From an uncultured Gammaproteobacteria bacterium (GTDB lineage: Bacteria; Patescibacteriota; Microgenomatia; UBA8517), in NCBI GenBank assembly GCA_964599625.1, contig CAZRGC010000003.1, positions 97,759 to 161,758 on the forward strand: DNA of 64,000 bases, written 5' to 3'. Position numbers and translations under genes: made by a program. Below are positions 55,955-64,000 of this stretch, piece after piece; the stretch's first letter is position 1, and each line of letters opens with the position of its first letter. Under the pieces are notes generated by a model. It had not been told where the DNA came from, searched no databases, and worked only from the letters and a program-made list of their open reading frames with translations.

Positions 55955-56998
55955 ATGTCAGAACCACTTTATGATCCGACGGTTTTGGAAAAATATGAAG
56001 TGCCGGAAGCTTTCCGTTATTCGTTGGACGAAGAAGAGGTGACCAACGAAGAAATTTCGGCTGTCAGGCGTTTGGTAAGGGAAAATAAAATAGAGCAAAA
56101 AGGAGCATTTGCAGCAGGTATTAAATACGCGAGGCAAGAGATAATAGCGCTGGAGAATGATCTGGGTCTGGTTCAGAAAGATGAAAGGTCGATGCAAGTA
56201 GCTGTCTTACCCGACGCAGTATTTGAAAAGGCATACTTTGATCTTACCCGTCAAGAAGCCGGAGACAGTGGTGGCGGTTATGCAAACGCACTGGGAAGTG
56301 TTGTATTAAGAGCAAGTACCGACCCTGCATATATAAAATCTTCAATGGTTTACCACGAGTTTGTACATAAGTTTATAGATAAGCATATACAGGTTTTTTC
56401 CAAGGTAAGACGCCCAAGTGGCAGAATTGCCCATGATTATGTAGATAGAAGATCGGGTCTATCGGTGGAAAATGTAACCAAAGAAAGCTCGGCAAAAGGG
56501 ACAAAACCCCGCGGCGAACTTTTGAATGAGCTGGGAAACTACATGGAACAGCATAGGTTTATTTTAAATATATTGGATAAGCCCGAATTTGCTGAAGAAA
56601 AACAGAGGCGCGAGAAACTTCTCAGATCGATGGGTTTTGGAGAATCGGGAGGGTTTTGGATAGCAAATGTCAAAAAGCAGGATGGGAGTACATTGCAGAT
56701 AAACCTTGATAGAGACAGTATTCATATTGACGAAAACGGGGATTTTAATCCCGCAACCCTGTTTTTTTATATGCAACTTGCAACGGATTTGGGAAAGGCA
56801 TGTGACCCACAAAACGATGGGGCGGCTTTCAGGAAGCTTCTTTTGGATTGTAAAGTTGATCCCTCAAAACAAAACGAACTCAGAAAGATGGTGGATATGG
56901 GAATGGGAGAGGGTTTTTACACCAGATTAAAGTCGGCGGGTTACCAATCGGACGATGAACTTTTAGACCTCATTGTAGAGGTGCAATCCAAACTATAG
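55955..56998 (+). CDS. Hypothetical protein with an HExxH motif (possible zinc metallopeptidase-like)
   Basis: ..SSMVYHEFVHKFID.. contains HEFVH. No other protease motifs verified. Confidence 0.4.
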   Translation: MSEPLYDPTVLEKYEVPEAFRYSLDEEEVTNEEISAVRRLVRENKIEQKGAFAAGIKYARQEIIALENDLGLVQKDERSMQVAVLPDAVFEKAYFDLTRQEAGDSGGGYANALGSVVLRASTDPAYIKSSMVYHEFVHKFIDKHIQVFSKVRRPSGRIAHDYVDRRSGLSVENVTKESSAKGTKPRGELLNELGNYMEQHRFILNILDKPEFAEEKQRREKLLRSMGFGESGGFWIANVKKQDGSTLQINLDRDSIHIDENGDFNPATLFFYMQLATDLGKACDPQNDGAAFRKLLLDCKVDPSKQNELRKMVDMGMGEGFYTRLKSAGYQSDDELLDLIVEVQSKL

Positions 56999-57030
56999 TG
57001 AAACCTATTGTGTGGTAAAATAGGCTCCTA

Positions 57031-57045
57031 CGGGGTGTAGTTTTA
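57031..57045 (+). repeat. Partial copy 1 of the tRNA-Pro 5' end (CGGGGTGTAGTTTTA)
   Basis: Matches tRNA positions 1-13/14 at 57181. Confidence 0.6.
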
Positions 57046-57084
57046 GCCAGCAGGCGAAATACACACTTTAGTCTTAGTTACAAA

Positions 57085-57107
57085 CGGGGTGTAGTTTACC
57101 CGGTAAG
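57085..57107 (+). repeat. Partial copy 2 of the tRNA-Pro 5' end (CGGGGTGTAGTTTACCCGGTAAG)
   Basis: The first 16 nt are identical to the tRNA 5' end, then it diverges. Confidence 0.6.
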
Positions 57108-57180
57108 CTTCGATGGGTCCCTTCCCATCTCAGGTGCTTTGCACCAAGCTTGGCCAGTAATCTCCACCCCTCGCATAGCT

Positions 57181-57251
57181 CGGGGTGTAGTTTACCGGTA
57201 GAATGGGCGCATGGGGTGCGTCCGGACTGAGTTCAATTCTCAGCACCCCGA
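57181..57251 (+). tRNA. tRNA-Pro (anticodon GGG), CCA not encoded
   Basis: Manual cloverleaf. Acceptor CGGGGTG/CACCCCG; U8; D-stem GTTT/GAAT with GG in the loop; anticodon stem GGCGC/GCGTC; loop A-U-GGG-G-U; T-stem CTGAG/CTCAG with a TTCAATT loop; discriminator A. Confidence 0.65.
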
Positions 57252-57754
57252 CCGAATGGTGGGTTTAGTTTATAAAGGTCGGCAAGGGTTTTTTTGACGC
57301 TTTCAAAACCGATATTTTTAAGATTTGGAATATCTTTGATATCCACCCAAACCAGTTCTGATACGTCGTCACTTGCTTCTATCTCTCCACCCGTAATCTC
57401 CACAATAAACTGAAATACTAATATTGGTTTGTCCGCATCACCATATGTGTCGGGATAATTCCCGAGAAGTCTGATTACTTTAACATCAAGCCCTGTTTCT
57501 TCTTTTGTTTCCCGAATAGCAGCCTCTTCAGCTGACTCTCCCGGGTTTATAAATCCTCCAATCACATCATATGTTCCTTTGAATGGTTCGTTTTTTCTTA
57601 TTGCCAGAAGTACTTTATTGTTTTTTATGGGAATTGCTGAGGCGCCGGGTACAGGGTCTTGGTAAATACTAAACCCGCAGTCCAAACAAATGATTTTGGT
57701 TTCTTTGAGGTCCAGTTTCCGACTTCCGCAAACAGGGCAAAATATATATTTCAT
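57233..57754 (-). CDS. NUDIX hydrolase with N-terminal zinc ribbon (NudC / NADH pyrophosphatase-like architecture)
   Basis: CPVCGS...CLDCG zinc ribbon followed by the Nudix box GGFINPGESAEEAAIRETKEETGL. Start placed at MKYIF (ATGA overlap with the upstream gene) rather than the ORF-track start at 57874. The 3' end overlaps the opposite-strand tRNA by ~19 nt. Confidence 0.7.
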   Translation of the reverse strand: MKYIFCPVCGSRKLDLKETKIICLDCGFSIYQDPVPGASAIPIKNNKVLLAIRKNEPFKGTYDVIGGFINPGESAEEAAIRETKEETGLDVKVIRLLGNYPDTYGDADKPILVFQFIVEITGGEIEASDDVSELVWVDIKDIPNLKNIGFESVKKTLADLYKLNPPFGRGAEN

Positions 57755-58311
57755 TTTTCTACCTTCGAATTTTCGAACATTGTCTTTAGTGTCTTCCAAT
57801 TCTCTGGTAACGGTGTGCCATTTTGTGATAATTCCAAAGCAAAAAGAATTATTTTTTCGTCTCCATCTTGCCAATCCTCAATTCTTCTGTCGGGATAATA
57901 ATAACCATTCGGTGGTATTTGGATGTCTTTGTTTACCTTGTAATCAGTAAAATACTGAGGTATTTTGTCGGGAAACATGTGTGCAATTCCCGAAAAGGCG
58001 TCCATAACAGAAGCGGCATATTTTGAACCGTTTTCGGAAACATCAGGGCCGTCTTCCACATGTCTTTGTAAATTTTTTATATGCATGTGCAACACTTTTG
58101 TTTCAAATACTTTCTTTTTTCCATCCTTGGTTACCGGCAGATAAACCTGACTTCCACCTTGGTCCAAGATGTAATCATGTGACACTTTGTCCAATACACT
58201 TCTGGCTTTTTCCCTGAAGTCGTTGCCAAGACGTTCTGTTAAGTGCAAATTATTTTCGGCAAGTTTTCCTGTGTGTTGTCTCAATTCTATTTTGTCGTTT
58301 GTTGAGTCCAT
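57751..58311 (-). CDS. Hypothetical protein (186 aa), translationally coupled to the downstream NUDIX gene
   Basis: The stop overlaps the NUDIX start (ATGA). No recognisable motifs. Confidence 0.45.
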   Translation of the reverse strand: MDSTNDKIELRQHTGKLAENNLHLTERLGNDFREKARSVLDKVSHDYILDQGGSQVYLPVTKDGKKKVFETKVLHMHIKNLQRHVEDGPDVSENGSKYAASVMDAFSGIAHMFPDKIPQYFTDYKVNKDIQIPPNGYYYPDRRIEDWQDGDEKIILFALELSQNGTPLPENWKTLKTMFENSKVEK

Positions 58312-58366
58312 GGAGATAGTCTAACATTTTAATTGCTTTTTTATCTGCTAAGGAGTAAAAAAAGCT

Positions 58367-58981
58367 ATGCCCAAGAAAGAAACACATTCTTTGATTGAGT
58401 ACTTGGCAATACGCGAAGAAGAACGAATGAAAGCTGTTCGCGAGGGAACACCCGGAGTGCAAAAACGGCTTAAAGAAATGATTCTTCACAGATGGGGGGA
58501 GATTTTGGCAATAAAACAAACAGAAATCCCGCCCGAAATCCATGAAATGGTTGGGTACAAAATGCCGAAAACCGCGGCAACAGTTCTTTGGATGTCGCCT
58601 TCCCCAAACGATTTTGATGTTTTTGGTAAAACCGACATTGATTCAGTGAGTCTTTTTACACAACTTGCCCAAAACACACTTTGGGAAGCCAATAAAAAAA
58701 GTGACGTTTTGAATTATTTCCAAAAACTTGCCGATAATTTGTCGGATTTGAAACACAAATTTAAAATTCCCACCGAGATCAGATATTTTTCACCGCGTCT
58801 AAATGAAAGTGTTTTGCAAACATTATGGAGGCTTCCTTCACCTTGGCTTTGGGGATTTGATGACCGCGATGAGGTTGTTGACTTGCGAAGGTCGCCAATG
58901 GGTATGTGGAAAGACAACGACAGACAACAAGTTATAAATTATATGAGAGTTGTTGCTGACAACATTGAGTATATTCATTAA
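58367..58981 (+). CDS. Hypothetical protein (204 aa)
   Basis: ORF with no motifs. Divergent from the minus-strand pair. Confidence 0.4.
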   Translation: MPKKETHSLIEYLAIREEERMKAVREGTPGVQKRLKEMILHRWGEILAIKQTEIPPEIHEMVGYKMPKTAATVLWMSPSPNDFDVFGKTDIDSVSLFTQLAQNTLWEANKKSDVLNYFQKLADNLSDLKHKFKIPTEIRYFSPRLNESVLQTLWRLPSPWLWGFDDRDEVVDLRRSPMGMWKDNDRQQVINYMRVVADNIEYIH

Positions 58982-59042
58982 TTCTACCTTCATCCTGTAA
59001 TTGCTTCTTGTAATTTGTTTTTACAAATAGTAAAAAGTACCA

Positions 59043-60131
59043 ATGGCAAACAAGAAAAAACCCGAAACAGACGCACCGGTCAAACAAGAAGGTGCATCCG
59101 CAAAGCTTCAGGCAATCAAACTTGCCATGGATCAGATTGAGAAACAATACGGAAGGGGTTCCATTATGCGACTTGGAGAAAGAACTCCGGAGCAAATGAA
59201 AATAGAAGTAATCTCAACAGGGGCAGTTGCCTTGGACTTGGCACTTGGAGTGGGTGGATTTCCCAGGGGAAGGATAATTGAAATCTATGGACCAGAAGCT
59301 TCCGGAAAAACTACACTGGCATTATCAGTAATTGCAGAAGCTCAGAAAAAAGGCGGGCAGTGTGCTTTTGTAGATGCAGAACATGCTCTAGACCCAGTAC
59401 GGGCCGAAACAATAGGAGTTGATTTGGACAATCTTCTTATGAGCCAGCCTGATACAGGCGAGCAGGCTTTAGAAATTACAGAAACTTTAATCAGGTCGGG
59501 TGCGCTGGACGTTGTCGTTGTTGACTCGGTCGCCGCTCTTGTGCCGCGGGCAGAGTTGGAGGGTGAAATGGGTGACTCTGTCATGGGTATGCAGGCACGC
59601 CTTATGTCCCAAGCATTAAGAAAGCTCACAGGCGCAATTTCCAAGTCTAAAACTGTTCTTATATTTACAAACCAACTCAGACAAAAAATCGGTGTCATGT
59701 TTGGAAATCCGGAGACAACACCCGGCGGACTTGCGCTTAAGTTTTATGCATCCGTAAGAATTGACACCAGAAGGATAGAAGTCCTGAAAGATGGTGAACG
59801 TGTAATTGGTTCACGCCACAGGGCCAGAATAGTCAAAAACAAAGTTGCGCCCCCTCTTCGAGTAGCTGAATTCGACATAATGGAGTCAGAAGGAATATCC
59901 AAGTCCGGCGGACTTTTGGATGTGGGACTTGAGCTTGGTATAGTTGGAAAAAACGGTTCATTCTTTAATTACGACGGTAAACCCATAGCCCAAGGAAAAG
60001 AGGCTGCCAAAATGTATCTTTCCGACAATCCCAAAGTTGCAGACGAGATAGAAAAGAAAATCCGCGATATGGCAACCTCCGGAAAAAAGCTTCCCAAGGA
60101 AATAGGCGAAGAAGATTCAGAGGAAGAGTAG
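59043..60131 (+). CDS. recA: Recombinase RecA
   Basis: Walker [14 protein letters not shown]1/L2 loops, ..[22 protein letters not shown]... Confidence 0.97.
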   Translation: MANKKKPETDAPVKQEGASAKLQAIKLAMDQIEKQYGRGSIMRLGERTPEQMKIEVISTGAVALDLALGVGGFPRGRIIEIYGPEASGKTTLALSVIAEAQKKGGQCAFVDAEHALDPVRAETIGVDLDNLLMSQPDTGEQALEITETLIRSGALDVVVVDSVAALVPRAELEGEMGDSVMGMQARLMSQALRKLTGAISKSKTVLIFTNQLRQKIGVMFGNPETTPGGLALKFYASVRIDTRRIEVLKDGERVIGSRHRARIVKNKVAPPLRVAEFDIMESEGISKSGGLLDVGLELGIVGKNGSFFNYDGKPIAQGKEAAKMYLSDNPKVADEIEKKIRDMATSGKKLPKEIGEEDSEEE

Positions 60132-60140
60132 AATAAGATT

Positions 60141-60746
60141 GTGCCGACAGTCACTTCATTAAAAAGCCAGAAAAAAGACGGAAGAGTTAATGTTTTTATA
60201 GATGGCAAATTTGGATTCGGAATAGACCTGGACAATTTAGTTCTCCAAAAAATAAAAATCGGAAAAGAGTTTACCGACGAAGAATTGGCAGAGGTGGTTA
60301 AAAAAGCAGAGTTTCAAAAGACTTTGGACAAACTCTTGGCATATGCAACACTCAGACCCAGGTCAGAAAAGGAAGTGTCCAACTACTTCAAAAGAAAAAA
60401 GATTCATGATAGTTTATGGAACACCCTTACCGACAAACTTCGGCATTTTGAACTTTTGGACGATCTTAAATTTGCCCGTTGGTGGGTGGACCAAAGGCAA
60501 TCTTTCAAGCCCAAGCCAAAAAGAATATTGGTTGCGGAACTAAAGACAAAGGGTATAAAAGATGTTTTTATTGAAGAGGTTTTGGGTGAAACAAAATTGG
60601 ATGAGGTGGTTATGGCCAAAAACATTTTGGAAAAAAGATCCTATAAATGGGCCAAATTTGAACCAAGGATAGCACGACAAAAAATGGCGCAATACCTGGG
60701 TGGAAAAGGTTTTTCTTGGGAAACTATTGAGAAAGTTCTTCCTTGA
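60141..60746 (+). CDS. recX: Regulatory protein RecX
   Basis: Three-helix-repeat RecX pattern (..LAYATLRPRSEKEV...ARWWVDQR..). Immediately downstream of recA. Confidence 0.75.
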   Translation: MPTVTSLKSQKKDGRVNVFIDGKFGFGIDLDNLVLQKIKIGKEFTDEELAEVVKKAEFQKTLDKLLAYATLRPRSEKEVSNYFKRKKIHDSLWNTLTDKLRHFELLDDLKFARWWVDQRQSFKPKPKRILVAELKTKGIKDVFIEEVLGETKLDEVVMAKNILEKRSYKWAKFEPRIARQKMAQYLGGKGFSWETIEKVLP

Positions 60747-60862
60747 TTAGAGGTGGTCTAAGATGGTAAAATAGCACAGTCAAAGATTATGGTTAAAAGA
60801 GCACAAAATTCAGCCCCTTTTGCCACAAGGCTTTCTTAAGCCCCTCTTTGCGTTATTAGAAT

Positions 60863-62026
60863 ATGTCTAAACAGGACGAATATATCGAAAAATTGGCCAA
60901 AGTGGCTAAAATGACCTCTGAAGAGGCTAAGCGAGCTCTTCTTGACGAGGTACAAAAGGATCTGGTGGGCGAAATTGCCAAGAAGATTAGAGCCGCGGAA
61001 GAAAAGATTAAAGAAGAGGCCAAATTAAAGGCTCAGGAAATTCTTTTGGACGCCATGAAACAGGGAGCCACCCAATACACCGCTGAGTACACAGTTTCTG
61101 CGGTTACAGTCCCCAACGAAGACGTCAAAGGAAGAATAATAGGTGCGGGTGGAAGGAACATCAGAACTTTTGAAAAAGAAGCAGGTGTGGAAATTGAAAT
61201 TGACGAAACAAACGAAATCAGACTTTCCTCGTTCGACGCAATAAGACGTGAAATTGCCAGGAGATCTTTGGAAATACTTATCAATGATTCAAGAATTCAG
61301 CCTTCCAGAATTGAGGAAGTGATTAGACAAGTGAAAGCAAGTATGGAGGATGTTCTTTTGGAAGAAGGAAAGAAAATCACTCACGAGTGTGGTGTTTACA
61401 ATCTTCCGCTTGAGCTTATGAAGATGATAGGCAGATACAGGTTTAGAACTTCTTACGGGCAGAATTTGGGCATCCACACAATCGAGGAAACCAAAATGGG
61501 AGTTGCTATCGCCGAAGAGATCGGCGCCAATACAGACATTGTAAGACTTGGATGTTTACTCCATGACGTTGGTAAAATTGTCACCGACGAAGAAGGTAAT
61601 CATGTGGAGTTGGGAGTGAATCTTCTTAAAAAGTACGGCATTCCCAAAGAGGTGGTTGCTTGTGTTGCAGAGCATCATGAGGATAGACCTTTTTCTTCAA
61701 ACGAGTCAGTTTGTGTGTGGATAGCAGATGCAGTTTCGGGTTCCCGCCCTGGTGCCAGATATGAACCACACGAAGGTTATGTTAAAAGAATGAGCAAGAT
61801 TGAGGAAATCAGCAAAGGTTTCCCGGGTGTTGACGCAGTATTTGCTTTCCAGGCAGGCCGTGATGTTCGTGTTATTGTTAACCCTGATGAAGTAGATGAT
61901 GACAAACTTACAGTTTTGGCACACGATATTGCCAGAAAATTAGAAAAAGAAGCAGAATATGCAGGTCAGGTTAAAGTATCTGTGATTAGAGAAGTTAGGG
62001 CCACCGAAATTACTTCAGCAAAATAA
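60863..62026 (+). CDS. rny: Ribonuclease Y (KH + HD domains; no N-terminal TM anchor in this ORF)
   Basis: KH motif VKGRIIGAGGRNIRTFE. HD domain LLHDVGK. 387 aa. Confidence 0.85.
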   Translation: MSKQDEYIEKLAKVAKMTSEEAKRALLDEVQKDLVGEIAKKIRAAEEKIKEEAKLKAQEILLDAMKQGATQYTAEYTVSAVTVPNEDVKGRIIGAGGRNIRTFEKEAGVEIEIDETNEIRLSSFDAIRREIARRSLEILINDSRIQPSRIEEVIRQVKASMEDVLLEEGKKITHECGVYNLPLELMKMIGRYRFRTSYGQNLGIHTIEETKMGVAIAEEIGANTDIVRLGCLLHDVGKIVTDEEGNHVELGVNLLKKYGIPKEVVACVAEHHEDRPFSSNESVCVWIADAVSGSRPGARYEPHEGYVKRMSKIEEISKGFPGVDAVFAFQAGRDVRVIVNPDEVDDDKLTVLAHDIARKLEKEAEYAGQVKVSVIREVRATEITSAK

Positions 62027-62105
62027 TTTTTTAAATTATAAATTTAGTTTCTATCTTTGCCCGAAATCTTGACTTTTTATTCAATGTGTCATATCCTTTT
62101 CGGTA

Positions 62106-62381
62106 ATGACAAAAGGTGAACTTATGGATCAGGTCGCAAGAAAAGCGCACCTCACAAAAAAAGCCGCAGAAGAGGCAGTAGAAGTTTTTTTGGACGAAAT
62201 TGGAAGAGTTTTGGGTAAGGGAGAAAAAGTAGTTTTGTCAGGCTTCGGAACTTTCAGAGTTATCTCCATGAAAGGTAAAACCGTAAAAATTCCCAAAACC
62301 GATAAACTGGTTACAATAAAATCACATAGATCTCCAAGGTTTACTCCTGGTAAAAAACTCAAAAGACAAGTAAGCAGATAA
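62106..62381 (+). CDS. hup: DNA-binding protein HU
   Basis: MTKGELMDQVA..., ..GFGTF.V....R.G.NP-like beta-arm (SGFGTFRVISMKGKTVKIPKT). Confidence 0.9.
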   Translation: MTKGELMDQVARKAHLTKKAAEEAVEVFLDEIGRVLGKGEKVVLSGFGTFRVISMKGKTVKIPKTDKLVTIKSHRSPRFTPGKKLKRQVSR

Positions 62382-62444
62382 TTTCCTCGTTATATTTCAA
62401 AGTAGTATACTGGGCCCAGGGGCTAGTTAGCTGTAATAACTATT

Positions 62445-63431
62445 ATGGATAGAGCTGTCATTGTAGATCATCTTGTTAAAAACTTCGAAGTACCCGTAAG
62501 GGGTAAGGGTCTGTCTGGTGCTATTTCTTCATTTTTGTCTCCCAAGGTGAAAACCGTAAACGCTGTCCGCGATATAACCTTTACAATTCAACCGGGTGAG
62601 TTGGTGGGTTTTATCGGCCCAAATGGCGCAGGTAAAACAACCACACTCAAAACACTTTCCGGCCTTTTGTACCCAACTAACGGATTTGTACAAGTCCTTG
62701 AGTTCGACCCTTGGGATAGACGGCCGGAGTTTTTGAAACAAATAGCACTTGTTATGGGTCAGAAAAATCAGATGTGGTGGGATTTGCCTGCAATTGAAAC
62801 TTTTGAACTAAATAGAGCAATTTACGAAATTCCTAAAAAGGAGTACGAAGACTCACTTAAAGAACTTGTCGGTATGTTAGAGGTTGGCAAACTTTTGGAT
62901 ACACCAGTTAGAAAATTATCTTTGGGGCAGAGGATGAGGATGGAGTTGATCGCGGCGTTGATTCATAAACCAAAAATTCTTTTTTTGGATGAACCCACCA
63001 TTGGCTTAGATCTTGTTGCTCAACAAAAAGTTCGTGATTTTATATACGAATACAACCGAAAATACAAAGCAACAATATTGCTCACATCTCACAACATGGA
63101 CGACCTTACAGACTTGGCCAGACGGGTGATTGTAATAGATGAAGGGAAAATGTTATTTGATGGGGTTATCGATGAACTTGTATCAAAATTCGCAAAAGAC
63201 AAAATAATCAAAGTTACCTTTAAAGGCGGCGAAGACATTAAAGAATTGGAAAATATTGGCAAAGTCAAAAAGTTAAATTATCCAACAGCGGTTATTAGTG
63301 TTCCCAGGGATACTGTGCCGGTTGCTGCTTCAGAGCTTTTGCAAAACTATCCTGTGGAAGATCTGACAATTGAGGAGGTTCCCATTGAAGACATAATTAG
63401 AAAAGTCTTTAAAGGAGAACTCAAAAAATGA
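62445..63431 (+). CDS. ABC transporter ATP-binding protein
   Basis: Walker A GPNGAGKTT, signature LSLGQRMR, Walker B ILFLDEPT, H-loop. Confidence 0.9.
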   Translation: MDRAVIVDHLVKNFEVPVRGKGLSGAISSFLSPKVKTVNAVRDITFTIQPGELVGFIGPNGAGKTTTLKTLSGLLYPTNGFVQVLEFDPWDRRPEFLKQIALVMGQKNQMWWDLPAIETFELNRAIYEIPKKEYEDSLKELVGMLEVGKLLDTPVRKLSLGQRMRMELIAALIHKPKILFLDEPTIGLDLVAQQKVRDFIYEYNRKYKATILLTSHNMDDLTDLARRVIVIDEGKMLFDGVIDELVSKFAKDKIIKVTFKGGEDIKELENIGKVKKLNYPTAVISVPRDTVPVAASELLQNYPVEDLTIEEVPIEDIIRKVFKGELKK

Positions 63432-64000
63432 ACACTCTGATTTCTGTCTTCAAGATATCGTTTCAACAAGAATTTATTTACAAAGCAAACTTCATTATGT
63501 GGAGAGTCAGAAATATATTTCAGATAATTGTTAATTTCTTTTTATGGACAACTATTTTTGCCGCAAAAGACAGTCAATTTTTTGGTTATGACAAAACAAT
63601 GATACTAACATATGTTTTTATGCTCATGGTGGTAAGGTCAATAGTTTTGTCCGGTCGTGCAAGCGATGTTTCAACAGATGTATCCGAAGGTAACATTTCG
63701 AACTACCTTCTCAAGCCAATAAGCTATTTTAAATATTGGTTTGTAAGAGACATTGCCGGAAAATCGTTGAATCTTTTTTTTGCTTTTTTGGAATTTGGTG
63801 CTTTGTATATTATTTTGCAGCCGGAAATTTTTATCCAAAGTAATCCCTTGTACTTACTCCTTTTTGCTCTGTCATTGGCTATCGCAATACTTATTTATTT
63901 CAATGTTGTTTTCTTAATTTCTGCAGTTCCTTTTTGGGCTCCTGAACTCGGATGGGCATCACAATTTTTGGTGGCTGTGGTTGTTGTTGAGTTTTTGTCC
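63428..64000 (+). CDS. ABC-2 type transporter permease (3' partial, runs off the window)
   Basis: ATGA overlap with the ATPase gene. Open frame to the window end with multiple hydrophobic helices. Confidence 0.7.
   Translation, partial: MNTLISVFKISFQQEFIYKANFIMWRVRNIFQIIVNFFLWTTIFAAKDSQFFGYDKTMILTYVFMLMVVRSIVLSGRASDVSTDVSEGNISNYLLKPISYFKYWFVRDIAGKSLNLFFAFLEFGALYIILQPEIFIQSNPLYLLLFALSLAIAILIYFNVVFLISAVPFWAPELGWASQFLVAVVVVEFLS

Noticed and set aside
57755-57874. N-terminal extension of the NUDIX ORF (MARWRRKNN...)
   Set aside because: Overlaps the upstream gene by 120 nt. The internal ATG forms an ATGA stop-start overlap and begins exactly at the zinc ribbon.
58250-58543. 97-aa minus-strand ORF
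   Set aside because: Overlaps the 5' end of the + strand ORF 58367-58981 and the start of 57751-58311, with no motifs. Likely spurious.
1-64000. Searched for rRNA genes, CRISPR arrays, transposases/integrases and toxin-antitoxin pairs
   Set aside because: None recognised. The only RNA gene found is one tRNA, and the islands have no identifiable mobility genes.

Overview
Low-GC bacterial window, coding almost entirely on the + strand. It contains a large part of the translation/transcription core: the infB 3' end, rpsO-pnp, rpoB-rpoC, rpsL-rpsG-fusA-tuf-rpsJ, the S10/spc/alpha ribosomal-protein operons (rplC through rplQ, rplM, rpsI), secY-adk-map-infA-rpmJ, recA-recX, rny, hup and an ABC transporter. 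Housekeeping genes present include RNase J, FtsK, AlaRS (short form), MltG, a sortase, RuvX, UDG family 4 and a RodZ-like protein. The gene content (no rpmD between rpsE and rplO, 609-aa AlaRS, rpoB not preceded by rplKAJL, sortase, RNase J plus RNase Y) suggests a small-genome Gram-positive-like or CPR/Patescibacteria-type lineage; this is inference. The most unusual part is two accessory insertions inside the otherwise universally conserved ribosomal super-operon. (1) A ~3.2 kb island between rpsJ and rplC (33292-36539) carries four unknown ORFs. Each has its own near-consensus sigma70-type promoter and an intrinsic terminator, both built from a repeated ~65-bp module (hairpin CTCCGC..GCGGAG + TTTTTTGTGGC ... 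CCCATAGTTTGACA ... TATAAT), and the island looks GC-richer by eye than its surroundings. (2) A six-gene block between rplO and secY (45123-48562) encodes a TIR-like domain protein, a cupin-like protein, a NUDIX hydrolase, an APH-type phosphotransferase, a membrane protein and a GNAT acetyltransferase, tightly packed and apparently co-transcribed with the r-protein genes. Other notable points: a PNPase with a tandem-repeat-encoded RGG/RG-rich C-terminal tail; a Lon-like AAA+ module lacking both the N-terminal and protease domains; a catalytically degenerate DHH/NrnA-like protein; an FtsA/PilM-like actin-fold domain fused to a TM segment and a large extracytoplasmic domain, located next to the sortase; extra genes inserted between rpsG and fusA and between fusA and tuf; a tRNA-Pro(GGG) preceded by two partial copies of its 5' end; and a second, NudC-like NUDIX gene. 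No rRNA, CRISPR array or transposase/integrase was recognised.
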